DNA from: Octopus vulgaris
Taxonomy: Eukaryota
Assembly: GCA_951406725.2 (NCBI GenBank)
Contig: OX597833.1
Span: forward strand, 55,924,001 to 55,988,000
Reading direction: 5' to 3'
Length of the DNA: 64,000 nucleotides
The notes under the pieces: generated by a model
The model's database searches: none
What the model was told of the DNA's origin: nothing
What the model saw: the letters and a program-made list of their open reading frames with translations, nothing else
In this document: piece by piece, positions 42,966 through 55,438 of the stretch
Position numbering within the stretch: the stretch's first letter is position 1
Layout: the number at the start of each line of letters is the position of its first letter
Position numbers and translations under genes: made by a program

Positions 42966-44091
42966 CAAATACTGCACTCATTTGTTTTTGTTACTGTTCT
43001 TCGTTAACATTAATATCAGCAATTATTGAGCATAACTATCATCACAAGAAATCACGTGATCATCCTGTTTTTTCATTGGTTGTTTGTTTGGGGTTTTTTT
43101 TCCTGGTCATAGTGTACCTTGGAATATATTATCTGTAGATCACGTCCTACCTTTTATTTTAAGAAGATCAGATGTGATTTGAGAGAAATCTGCATACTAT
43201 TTCAAGCCTTTCACTTTCTACACTCAATAAACTGAGGTGCCAATGATGTTCTATGACTAAGTTAATTACCGATTAATTAACAGTGTCCAGTCCAAAATTT
43301 GTAGCCCTCTGTCCAAGCTAGAAACCAATATTTTTTTTTAATTTTGTAATTCTAATTTTGGCATCACCGCTCAAGGTGAGGCAAATCCTGTTATACTCCA
43401 AGCCAATCAGCAGCATTTTGTTGTTATTGCTGTTGTTTAACCCTAGGGCAATCCTGATCAACTAGATCTATGATCAAAGACATTCTAATCATAATGATGA
43501 TCATGATCATCATTATCATCATTTAACATCTTTTCTCCATGTTGCCATGGGTTGGATGCCTTCACAGGAGCTGGCAAACTAGAGGAATGCACCAAGGTCT
43601 GCTGTTTGTTTTAGCATGGTTTCTATGACTGGATGCCTTTCCTAATGCCACCCACTTCACAGCATGCACCGGGTGCTTTTTATATCTGGGACCAGCAACA
43701 GTAAAGTCACCGAGTAACTTGCAAGGCAAGAACCCTTCAGTTGAAAGTTGGAGTGGTATTGAGGGAGGCGGCTTTGTGCCAGGTGATGAAAGGTTAAACT
43801 ATGATAGAGGGACAGAAACAGGGATCTTTCTGTAGATGAGATACAATTAGAGAGAGAGAAAGAGAGGGGTTAAGGTGGTGGTGATGTGCCAGGGTCTGCC
43901 CTCAAGGTACAAAGAGGTGAATGTAATAATAATAATAATAATAATAAATGTCACGCACATATGGTTGTGATGCATGCACCTAGTGTACCCTTATCAGACG
44001 GGTAGTTGTGATGGGTATACTGGGCTTCGTATATTTTACCCCAGTGTCACTTTGATGGTATGCACTGCTCTCTCACTCAATAATAATAATG

Positions 44092-44156
<65 letters not shown>

Positions 44157-45556
44157 TAAAAATAATAAATAATTATTCTGATTAAAAATAGAGGATTGGA
44201 CAGGGAAAGTAAACAGGGAGTTCACAAGAGTACAAACTTATAGACAGGAGCAGGAGATTTTAGGGTTACCTTGGGCTACATTATTTAATGCTTGCTCCTA
44301 TTGTTCTTTGAGATAGTAGTATGTAATTTGAGGGAGATTTAGTTGACATTGTTGTTGAAATTTGTTTCTGAGATAAAACGATAAAATAGTCTGACAAAAT
44401 TATTATTATTTAAATAAACTAAAACAAGATACTAAATCTATTGTAGAAATTACATTTTTGACAATTCTGTTTAAAAAATATGTGATTGTTAAAATTTCTT
44501 TTATTTAATTATTTTGCATCAAATCTTCCAAAAACTAGTAACCAATAGCATTACTATAATCTAGTGATAGGTAATTATGTAAGACAAAACATGCATAGGA
44601 GCCAACAACAAGCAAAATATAACCAACAATCCAACATACCTCCATCATCAGCTGCCCCACAGATATCATTATGGTTTCGACACCTGGGCAGTACCATTCA
44701 ATCCAGTGGTGTCAAGAGCACTAAAATAAGTGTTGTTTGGGAACAAACAAACCAAAGAAACCACAACCGTATCAATAAATATATTCAATAAGTAAATTAC
44801 AACTCCTAAATATGTAACTAAACAGCAACAACTCTATAAGGTCATACAAAATTTATAATCCCTACTTTCTTCCATAGTATAATATAAAACTGAAAGCTTA
44901 ATAACCACATTATTTCAATCAATCAATATATAGACAGGATTAAACACTAATTTTAATAAAACTACAATAAAGAGATATATAAACCAATGTACATTGTATT
45001 GGTATTAATAGTAAACTGCAATAATTAAATTATATGCTAAACTGTGATCAATGTATATAATATTTTTTGAATATAGTAGCCCATTCCACTCAAAGGGTCC
45101 CTGAATAAGGTTTGTTTAAGGATGATGAATGAAACACCCACATTTCCAAGGGTGAATTATTCAAACCCCAAAGAATCTTTCTCAACACATTATGATGATG
45201 CTCCCCCACTACTCCTGCTCATGATCAGGGAGACACATATCATCAGCCACTAAGGGACATGCTCGACTGGTTAAGGTCAAGCAACTGAGAAGCATATCTA
45301 CAGTATTGAGTAGAATATTTGTTGTAACCTATCTTTTACACCAAGACAAAACATGTACATGATAACACTTCCAATTAGTTAAGATCAAAAGCCATGAGAG
45401 CCACTGCCTGGTATTGCATTATCATCATCATCATCATCGTCAGCATCATCATCATCATTATTATTATTATTAACTTAATACTAGATGGTAAGGTTTGGGG
45501 GTCTTTATCCCTGGTGTGAAACCATTGGGTTAATAATAATATGTGTGTACACATAT

Positions 45557-45599
<43 letters not shown>

Positions 45600-45672
45600 A
45601 TGTGTGTATGTGTGAGAGTGTGTGAGTGTATGTGAGAGAGAGTGTGTGAGTGTGTGTGTGAGAGATAGAGAG

Positions 45673-45796
<124 letters not shown>

Positions 45797-45880
45797 AAAA
45801 CAAGAGTTGGATGAAAATCCGAAATCTTCTCAGGCAAATTGAAAGACTAAAATACAGATGTATTTCATTTACATATCACA

Positions 45881-45975
<95 letters not shown>

Positions 45976-46153
45976 ACGTATATATGTATATAAATATATA
46001 ACGCCCAATGCTGAAAAACAATATTACTATAATAATAGTTAAAAATGGTTAATTTCTATTGGTTAATTGTTAAACCAAAACCATTCTTAAGTAATTATCT
46101 TTTTATTTTTTTTTTATTGTTTTGTTAATTATTGCTCTTGTTGTCTATCCCAG

Positions 46154-46687
46154 GCACAAAGACACAATTTCAGTGGCCCACAATGTGGTCCAAAGCCTCA
46201 TGAATCCCGTGAAGTTCGTTTCAATCCAGAAGTTATGCGCGCCGGTGAAGGCATTATTGGACTTCAGGCTGGAACCAACAAATTTGCTACACAGAAAGGA
46301 ATGGTGATTGGCGGAGTCCGCCATGTTGCAGACATCCGCTGTGACAAGTACGATCCAGAAAGTTCCAAAGACATTAACCTGCAAAGCGGTACCAACAAAT
46401 TTGCCACACAAAAGGGAATCGTCATTGGGGGTGTTCGCCATATCGCAGACATCCGTTGTGACGACTTTATACAGGACTCACAAGGACATGTCGGCTTGCA
46501 GAGCGGTTCGAATAAATTCGCTACCCAAAAGGGTATGAGCTTCGGAGCAGTCCGTCACGTGAATGACATCAAGGCAGATGAAATCACTGATGAAGGCAAA
46601 CGTACCATCAATCTCCAATATGGCTTTACTACTGGGGCGAACCAATCAGGAATGAGCTTTGGAAAGAATAGATCTATTCTATTATAG
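46154..46687 (+). CDS. Alternative terminal exon T2: linker + 4 calponin repeats
   Basis: Acceptor ttgtctatcccag|GCA, phase 0. AQRHNFSGPQCGPKPHESREVRFNPEVMRAGEG + 4 repeats, ends RSILL*. 534 nt, open frame. Confidence 0.88.
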   Translation, partial: AQRHNFSGPQCGPKPHESREVRFNPEVMRAGEGIIGLQAGTNKFATQKGMVIGGVRHVADIRCDKYDPESSKDINLQSGTNKFATQKGIVIGGVRHIADIRCDDFIQDSQGHVGLQSGSNKFATQKGMSFGAVRHVNDIKADEITDEGKRTINLQYGFTTGANQSGMSFGKNRSILL

Positions 46688-46990
46688 ATTAGTAACGCCA
46701 CACTTGCAATGAAACATTGAAAATGTTCACATATAGCCATTGTCCTATTTTTCGCACAAGATAATTCCACATTACTGCTTAGCACCCACACTTTCAAAGC
46801 ATTCTGTTCTGTTATTATATATTACTTTGAGAGCTTGCTTTTTTTATTATTATATTTTTTCTTTTGTATTTCAATCAAGCCAGATATGTTTTAAAGAAAA
46901 TGCATAAAAAGTGTACCTTCTGTGAACAAGGCTTGGAAGTTGCTAAAGCTAGCAATAATAGATAATTATTCTTATTAAAAATAATAAATA
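46688..46990 (+). other. Probable 3' UTR of T2, near-identical to the regions after T3 (50077-50390) and T4 (51441-51650)
   Basis: Shared sequence attagtaacgccacacttgcaatg...caagccagatatgttttaaa. Candidate signals CATAAA at 46903, ATTAAA at 46974 and AATAAA near 46984. Confidence 0.55.
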
Positions 46991-47006
46991 ATTAAAAATA
47001 ACAAAT

Positions 47007-47044
<38 letters not shown>

Positions 47045-47077
47045 TGATGATGATAATAAGGATGATAATGATAATAA

Positions 47078-47148
<71 letters not shown>

Positions 47149-47275
47149 GGCACACATATGGTTGTGATGCATGCACCTAGTGTACCCTTGTCAGACGGGT
47201 AGTCATGATGGGTATACTGGGCTTCGTATATTTTACCCCAGTGTCACTTTGATGGCATGCACTGCTCTCTCACTC

Positions 47276-47335
<60 letters not shown>

Positions 47336-49151
47336 TAAATAATTATTCTGATTAAAAATGTTCGTGTGTGGAACACCAGTAAAAAATTTTTTTTTATAAT
47401 TAATGTGGTAGGGGCTAACTTTACTACCCTTTCTGTTTGATGCCAATTGAATTAGCAGAGAAAATATCCAAATTCTTCAAGAGTAGCAGAGGGTTTATAT
47501 TGTGAACCCCATCATCATTGCAATCACAGTTAAAGCATTTTGCTAATGTGGTGCAATGCTATATATAGTGTTCCACGACCAATTTTTTATATTTTTAATA
47601 TCAAGAATGGCAGATCCTGTGCATTTCACCTTGTACTTTCAGGTGAGGGAGGTGTTTTCATTTAAAGCACTACTTAATTAGTCTTCAGGTAATAAGATAT
47701 ACAGGTTGCATCATCATGTTTATAACATGAACAGTAAAACAAAGAAATGAACAAAACAACCGTAATGAAATTTCATGTCAAGTTGAACAGCTTGTGGAAT
47801 TGGTTGCAGTGACAATATCTAATTAGTTCCAAATATTTAATCAGCTGAATTAGGTGTCCAAGCTAGCTGTGTCACCGATGCTTCTGTTTGTAGACATGCA
47901 TTGTTGTAGGGGATTGTCGCAGTTACTACAGCTTCATTCTCCAGTCAGATGCATTCTTCACAAATGGATAATAAATTAGAGATATTGAATTTCTAAATGT
48001 CTCAGAGAGACATGAGCGGTGGTGGAGCGATAGAGTGGTTGTATACTGTCAACATAACGTGACAGTCCCGTAAGGGAATTACACCACCGTTGTTTAGCCC
48101 TAGGAAGCATCGACGCTTCCTGTCGGCTTTGACACATTTCCTGTGTCCTTATATTTGCGAAGGGGAGGCAAGCACCCCCACCAGCTAGGATAATAAATTC
48201 TATTGAGTTTAGGAGATTTATCGGAATAGTTATTAGATTTATTAGAAGATTACCTACTTTAGACCTACAATCTTGCCAGAATTTCAGCTCTGTCCTACAA
48301 AGTTAATTATATTCTGTTTCATTTATCTATGCATTGTATCTATTCACATATATAGCTAGCTGCTTCAGAACCATCCTAATTTAAAGTATGTAGGCCATAG
48401 TCACAGAAGAGTATTGGGATCAGGAAAGAACGGTTCACATTTCAGCCAGGAAGCAACTGTACACATTTCGGCCAAATCACTTATCTATGGCCAGCTGTCT
48501 TTTATATAAATACAGAACTTGAGTGTTTAATGCTAATGGTATTATAAAATAAAATTTAAAAAATGAAAACAGCAATTAATTAATGCAACTAAATGTCCTA
48601 GTGGCTAACCGTTCATATAGGTGGAATTATGAAAGTATTGTTCATTGTTGACTTCTGGGATGTCATAGACATTCTATTAAGAAATCTTATTTATTATTCA
48701 ATGCATAATTTAAAGCTAATAAATGATTTTTGTCTCACATAGTCTTATCTTTTGTGTATGTGTCTATCAATGCAATGTTGAGGTGTTAATTTTATGCCTG
48801 CAATATCTTATGTTGACCTTATATCTGCTTGATCAGAGTTGATTGACCCAGGGCTAAATAACAACAACAACAATAACAACAACAAAAACGATAACAAACA
48901 TGTACTATATAATTAATGATATATATTGTTAATTAACCATTAGGAGTTCCTTTATTATTTTACAAAGGTCCCACTGCTATTGTACCTAAATTTTGATATT
49001 TAACTGCTAGCCCCTATTGTTTGAGATATTTGGCTTCACCCTTAATGCGTGGTATCTTGGACAAGTGTCTTCTGCTTTAGCCCCAGGCTGGCCAATGCCT
49101 TATGAGTGGATTTGGGAGACTGAAACTGAAAAATTCCATTGTATATATTTA

Positions 49152-49234
<83 letters not shown>

Positions 49235-49308
49235 ATGCAGGTGTGTGTATGTGTGTTTGAATCACCAATTCTGTATTGTTAACATATCCTCCATGTTGTC
49301 TATCCCAG

Positions 49309-50076
49309 GCACAAAGACACAATTTCAATGGCCCACAATGTGGTACGAAACCTCATGAATCCCGTGAAGTTCGTTTCAATCCAGAAGTAATACGCGCTGG
49401 TGAAGGCATTATTGGACTTCAGGCTGGCACCAACAAATATGCTACACAGAAAGGAATGGTGATTGGTGGAGTCCGCCACGTTGCAGACATCCGCTGTGAC
49501 AAGTATGATCCAGAAAGTTGCAAAGACATTAACCTGCAAAGCGGTACCAACAAATATGCTACACAGAAAGGAATGGTGATGGGTGGTGTCCGCCACATTG
49601 CAGACATCCGTTGTGACCAGTATGATCCAGAAAGTAGTAAAGACATTAACCTGCAGGCTGGAACCAACAAATTTGCGTCCCAGAAAGGAATGGTGATTGG
49701 CGGAGTCCGCCACGTTGCAGACATCCGCTGTGACCAGTACGATCCAGAAAGTTCCAAAGACATTAACCTGCAAAGCGGTACCAACAAATTTGCCACACAA
49801 AAGGGAATCGTCATTGGGGGTGTTCGCCATATCGCAGATATCCGTTGTGATGACTTTATACAGGACTCACAAGGACATGTCGGCTTGCAGAGCGGTTCAA
49901 ATAAATTCGCTACCCAAAAGGGTATGAGCTTCGGAGCAGTCCGTCACGTGAATGACATCAAGTCAGATGAAATCAGTGATGAAGGCAAACGTACCATCAA
50001 TCTCCAATATGGCTTTACTACTGGGGCGAACCAATCAGGAATGAGCTTCGGAAAGAACAGATCTATTCTATTATAG
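49309..50076 (+). CDS. Alternative terminal exon T3: linker + 6 calponin repeats
   Basis: Acceptor ttgtctatcccag|GCA, phase 0. 6 repeats, ends RSILL*. 768 nt, open frame. Confidence 0.88.
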   Translation, partial: AQRHNFNGPQCGTKPHESREVRFNPEVIRAGEGIIGLQAGTNKYATQKGMVIGGVRHVADIRCDKYDPESCKDINLQSGTNKYATQKGMVMGGVRHIADIRCDQYDPESSKDINLQAGTNKFASQKGMVIGGVRHVADIRCDQYDPESSKDINLQSGTNKFATQKGIVIGGVRHIADIRCDDFIQDSQGHVGLQSGSNKFATQKGMSFGAVRHVNDIKSDEISDEGKRTINLQYGFTTGANQSGMSFGKNRSILL

Positions 50077-50426
50077 ATTAGTAACGCCACACTTGCAATG
50101 AAGCATTGAAAATGTTCACATATTAGCATTGTCCTATTTTTCGCACAAGATAATTCCACATTACTGCTTAGCACCCACACTTTCAAAGCATTCTGTTCTG
50201 TTATTATATATTACTTTGAGAGCTTGCTTTTTTTTATTCTTATAAGTTTTTTTCTTTTGTATTTCAATCAAGCCAGATATGTTTTAAAGAAAATGCATAA
50301 AAAGTGTACCTTCTGTGAACGAGGCTTGGAAGTTGCTAAAGCTAGCAATAATAAATAATTATTCTGATTAAAAATAATAAATAATTAAAAATAACAAATT
50401 ATAATAATAATAATAATATTAATAAT

Positions 50427-50490
<64 letters not shown>

Positions 50491-50581
50491 GTCACGCACA
50501 AGTGTCTTCTGCTTTAGCCCCAGGCTGGCCAATGCCTTATGAGTGGATTTGGGAGACTGAAACTGAAAAAATTCCATTGTA

Positions 50582-50678
<97 letters not shown>

Positions 50679-50789
50679 ATATATATATATATGTATGTGT
50701 GTATGTATGCAGGTGTGTGTATGTGTGTTTGAATCACCAATTCTAGTATGTCTGTATTGTTAACATATCCTCCATGTTGTCTATCCCAG

Positions 50790-51440
50790 GCACAAAGACA
50801 CAATTTCAATGGCCCACAATGTGGTACGAAGCCTCATGAATCCCGTGAAGTTCGTTTCAATCCAGAAGTAATGCGCGCTGGTGAAGGCATTATTGGACTT
50901 CAGGCTGGAACCAACAAATATGCTACACAGAAAGGAATGGTGATGGGTGGTGTCCGCCACATTGCAGACATCCGTTGTGACCAGTATGATCCAGAAAGTA
51001 GTAAAGACATTAACCTGCAGGCTGGAACCAACAAATATGCGTCCCAGAAAGGAATGGTGATTGGCGGAGTCCGCCATGTTTCAGACATCCGCTGTGACCA
51101 GTACGATCCAGAAAGTTCCAAAGACATTAACCTGCAAAGCGGTACCAACAAGTTTGCCACACAAAAGGGAATCGTCATTGGGGGTGTTCGCCACATCGCA
51201 GACATCCGTTGTGACGACTTCTCACAGGACTCACAAGGACATGTCGGCTTGCAGAGCGGTTCGAATAAATTCGCTACCCAAAAGGGTATGAGCTTCGGAG
51301 CAGTCCGTCACGTGAATGACATCAAGTCAGATGAAATCAGTGATGAAGGCAAACGTACCATCAATCTCCAATATGGCTTTACTACTGGGGCGAACCAGTC
51401 AGGAATGAGCTTCGGAAAGAACAGATCTATTCTATTATAG
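50790..51440 (+). CDS. Alternative terminal exon T4: linker + 5 calponin repeats
   Basis: Same acceptor, phase 0. 5 repeats, ends RSILL*. 651 nt, open frame. Confidence 0.88.
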   Translation, partial: AQRHNFNGPQCGTKPHESREVRFNPEVMRAGEGIIGLQAGTNKYATQKGMVMGGVRHIADIRCDQYDPESSKDINLQAGTNKYASQKGMVIGGVRHVSDIRCDQYDPESSKDINLQSGTNKFATQKGIVIGGVRHIADIRCDDFSQDSQGHVGLQSGSNKFATQKGMSFGAVRHVNDIKSDEISDEGKRTINLQYGFTTGANQSGMSFGKNRSILL

Positions 51441-52587
51441 ATTAGTAACGCCACACTTGCAATGAAACATTGAAAATGTTCACATATAGCCATTGTCCTA
51501 TTTTTCGCACAAGATAATTCCATGTTACTGCTTAGCACCCACACTTTCAAAGCATTCTGTTCTGTTATTATATATTACTTTGAGAGCTTGCTTTTTTATT
51601 CTTTTATTTTTTTTTCTTTTGTATTTCAATCAAGCCAGATATGTTTTAAATTAATTCAATGTTTTAATTATTCAATGCATAATTTAAAGCTAATAAATGA
51701 TTTTTGTCTCACATAGTCTTATCTTTTGTGTGTGTATCTATCAATGCAATGTTTTTGTGAATGAGGTGTTAATTTTATGCCTGCCATATCTTATATTGAC
51801 CTTATATCTGCTTGATCAGAGTTGATTGACCCAGGGCTAAATAACAACAACAACAACAACAACAACAACAGAAACAATAACAAAAACAATAACAAATATG
51901 TGTATGAGTAGCTGTGTGGTAAGTAGCTTGCTTACCAACCACATGGTTCCGGGTTCAGTCCCACTGTGTGGCAGCACCTTGGGCAAGTGTCTTCTACTAT
52001 AGCCTCGGGCCAACCAAAGCCTTGTGAGTGGATTTGGTAGACGGAAACTGAAAGAAGCCCATTGTATATATGTATATATATATATATATGTGTGTGTATA
52101 CATTTGTGTGTCTGTGTTTGTCCCCCCAACATTGCTTGATAACCAATGCTGGTGTGTTACGTCCCCATAACTTAGCAGTTCGGCAAAAAAGACCAATAGA
52201 ATAAGTACGAGGCTTACAAAGAATAAGTCCTGGGGTTGATTTGCTCGACTAAAGGTGGTGCTCCAGCATGGCCACAGTCAAATGACTAAAACAAATAAAA
52301 GAGTAAAAGTGTAAAAGAACCATTGGTAAGACGCTGCACTTACGAGTTCCTTTATTATTTTACAAAGGTCCCGCTGCTATTGTACCTAAATTTTGATAGT
52401 TAACTGCTAGCCCCTATTGTTTGAGATATTTGGCTTCAGCCTTAATGCGTGGTATCTTGGACAAGTGTCTTCTGCTTTAGCCCCAGGCTGGCCAATGCCT
52501 CGTGAGTGGATTTGGGAGACAGAAACTGAAAGAATCCCATTGTATGTATATCTATATCTATCTATCTATATATATATATATATATAT

Positions 52588-52662
<75 letters not shown>

Positions 52663-52932
52663 TAGATATACATGTATGTGTGCTTGTGTATGTGTGTATG
52701 TATGCAGGTGTGTGTATTTGTGTGTGTGTGATGGTTGTAAATAAGCATCACCATCATACAAGCAATGTTTGTTTCTGCTCATCTGTGAAAAAAGAAAAAA
52801 AATGTCTGGACATAGGGAAATATTACCTTACTTGGAAACGGGTGAGTGTTGGTGACGGGAAAAGCATCTGGCCATAGAAAATCTGCCTCAACAAATTCTG
52901 TCTGATCAATGCATAGAAAACTTGATGTTAAA

Positions 52933-52974
<42 letters not shown>

Positions 52975-53156
52975 GTGATGATGATGGTGATGGTGATGGT
53001 GGTATTGGTGGTGGTGGTGTTGTTGGTGGTGGTGGTGGTGGTGATGATGATGATGAGGATGATGATGAAATGATGATGATAATGGTGGTGGCGATAATGA
53101 TGGTGGTAGTGGTGGTGGCAGTGATGGTGGTGATGGTGGTGGTGGTGGTGGTGACA

Positions 53157-53192
<36 letters not shown>

Positions 53193-54373
53193 GGCAAATG
53201 TATGTACGTTATTTGTGGCAAATAACGTACATACATATGTGGCTGGTACCGCTGATTTTCCAAGAGTCCTCTATACCTGATAAAAAAAACTGGCTAATTC
53301 AGGTAATTTGAGACCCACACATTTGTTTTTAATAGAGAAATCATTACTAGAGATACCATTTATCATTTCACAATGCCTATTCATTAATAATAAAGTACTT
53401 GTATTGCAGACATAGTTTCAAGTGTTAATAGTATCATTGGCATGATCTATTATTTATGTCCTCATACATAGTCATATATATATATATTTTTTGAGGAAAG
53501 TTTTCAAAAACTTTTTGGGAAAAATTTTCAAAAAGTTTTTCAAAAATTTTTGGGGAAAAATTTTCTGAAAATTTTCAGCAAAATTTTTGAGAATTTTTTG
53601 AAAATTTTCATCAAGATTTTGGAAAAGTCTTATATATATACACACAAACACACACATACACACGCACACACACACACACATATATATCTTTATAAATAGT
53701 AAACAAAAATAAAATGAATTTATGGTTCAGAGTATCACTACACATGTTTCAAAAACATGTTTATTCCAAATATGAGTACAATTGCACAACACAATGTAAA
53801 TTCATATTTTTATATAATTACCCATTTCATAAGGTGACATCTAGCTGGATATTTCCAGGTGATACCTCATGAAATATTCTGGTAAAATACTACTCAATCC
53901 CTTCTGTTTGTGTGTATGACTTTTTGGCACAACCTGATTCAATGCTGACTTGTTTGACATCAGACATTTTAATATTTTCCCTCCTCCTCACCTCTCCCTT
54001 TAACTGGTTATACTTGTAAGAATATTTCTCTTTATGTGTATGAGGATGGAGGGGCATGGCTTAGTGGTTAGGGTGTTGAACTCACGATCGTAAGGTTGTG
54101 GTTTCGATTCCTGTACTGGGCGCTGCGTTATGTTCTTGAGCAAAACACTTCATTTTCACGTTGCTCCAGTCCATTCAGCTGGCAAAAATGAGTAACGCTG
54201 CGATGGATTGGCATCCCATCCAGCTGGGGAACACATATGCCATAGAAACCAGGAAACCGGCCCTCTTTATAAGCCTGGCATGGCTCGAGAAGGAACATTA
54301 TGTGTATGAGGATAATCAATGAATTATAATGTCACTCTCTCTATAGATCTATAGATGTGTGTGCATGAGTGCA

Positions 54374-54410
<37 letters not shown>

Positions 54411-55021
54411 ATGTGTGCGTGTGTGCATGTGTGTTCAGTGCCAAAACATACTTAAGGCGATGAGCTGGCAGAAACGTTAGAACGCTGGGCAAAATGCTTA
54501 GCAGTATTTCATCTACCGTTACGTTCTGAGTTCAAATTCTGCCGAGGTCGACTTTGCCTTTCATTCTTTTGGGGGTCGATAAATTAAGTACCAGTTATGC
54601 ACTGGGGTTGATGTAATCGACTTAATCCTTTTGTCTGTTCTTGTTTGTCCCCTCTATGTTTATCCCCTTGTGGGCAATAAAGAAATAAAAAAAAACATAC
54701 TATAACTAAAATGGCTGAAAATACATTCGGGCATTCCAATCATCAGCATTGAAGCAGCTGCACCCAATCATCTCATTCCACCAAAATATCATACATCATC
54801 AAAAGTGAAAAGTATCACCCATCAACATGCCCAAGAGTATGACATACAACTGATATCAATAAGTCAGAATATGCTGATACAGTTTAACATGAACACAAAA
54901 CCCAGTTTAGAATATAACATTAATGTAAGAGATTAGGGAGAATCTAGAGTCTAATTGTGTTTGAATCATCCATTCTAGTATGTCTGTATTGTTAACATAT
55001 CCTCCTTGTTGTCTATCCCAG

Positions 55022-55438
55022 GCACAAAGACACAATTTCAATGGCCCACAATGTGGTCCGAAGCCTCATGAATCTCGTACAGTTCATTTTGAACCAGAAG
55101 TAAAGCGTGCTGGCCAAGGAATTGTTATACTTCAGGCTGGAACCAACAAATATGCAACACAGAAAGGAATGGTGATGGGTGGTGTCCGCCACATTGCAGA
55201 CATCCGTTGTGACCAGTATGATGCAGAAAGCAACAAAGATGTCTGTCTGCAAAGTGGCAGCAACAAATTTGCATCCCAGAAAGGTATGAGCTTCGGAGCA
55301 GTTCGTCACGGGAATGACATCAAATCAGAAGAGATCACTGATGAAGGAAAACGTACCATCAATCTCCAATATGGCTATACTGCTGGAGCAAACCAATCAG
55401 GGATGAGCTTTGGAAAGAACAGATCTATTGTAGATTAG
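55022..55438 (+). CDS. Alternative terminal exon T5: linker + 3 calponin repeats
   Basis: Same acceptor, phase 0. 3 repeats, ends RSIVD*. 417 nt, open frame. Confidence 0.88.
   Translation, partial: AQRHNFNGPQCGPKPHESRTVHFEPEVKRAGQGIVILQAGTNKYATQKGMVMGGVRHIADIRCDQYDAESNKDVCLQSGSNKFASQKGMSFGAVRHGNDIKSEEITDEGKRTINLQYGYTAGANQSGMSFGKNRSIVD

Noticed and set aside
46235-51440. Regularly spaced 117-nt repeats as a CRISPR-like array
   Set aside because: The repeats are in-frame protein-coding units without unique spacers, in eukaryotic context, with no cas genes.
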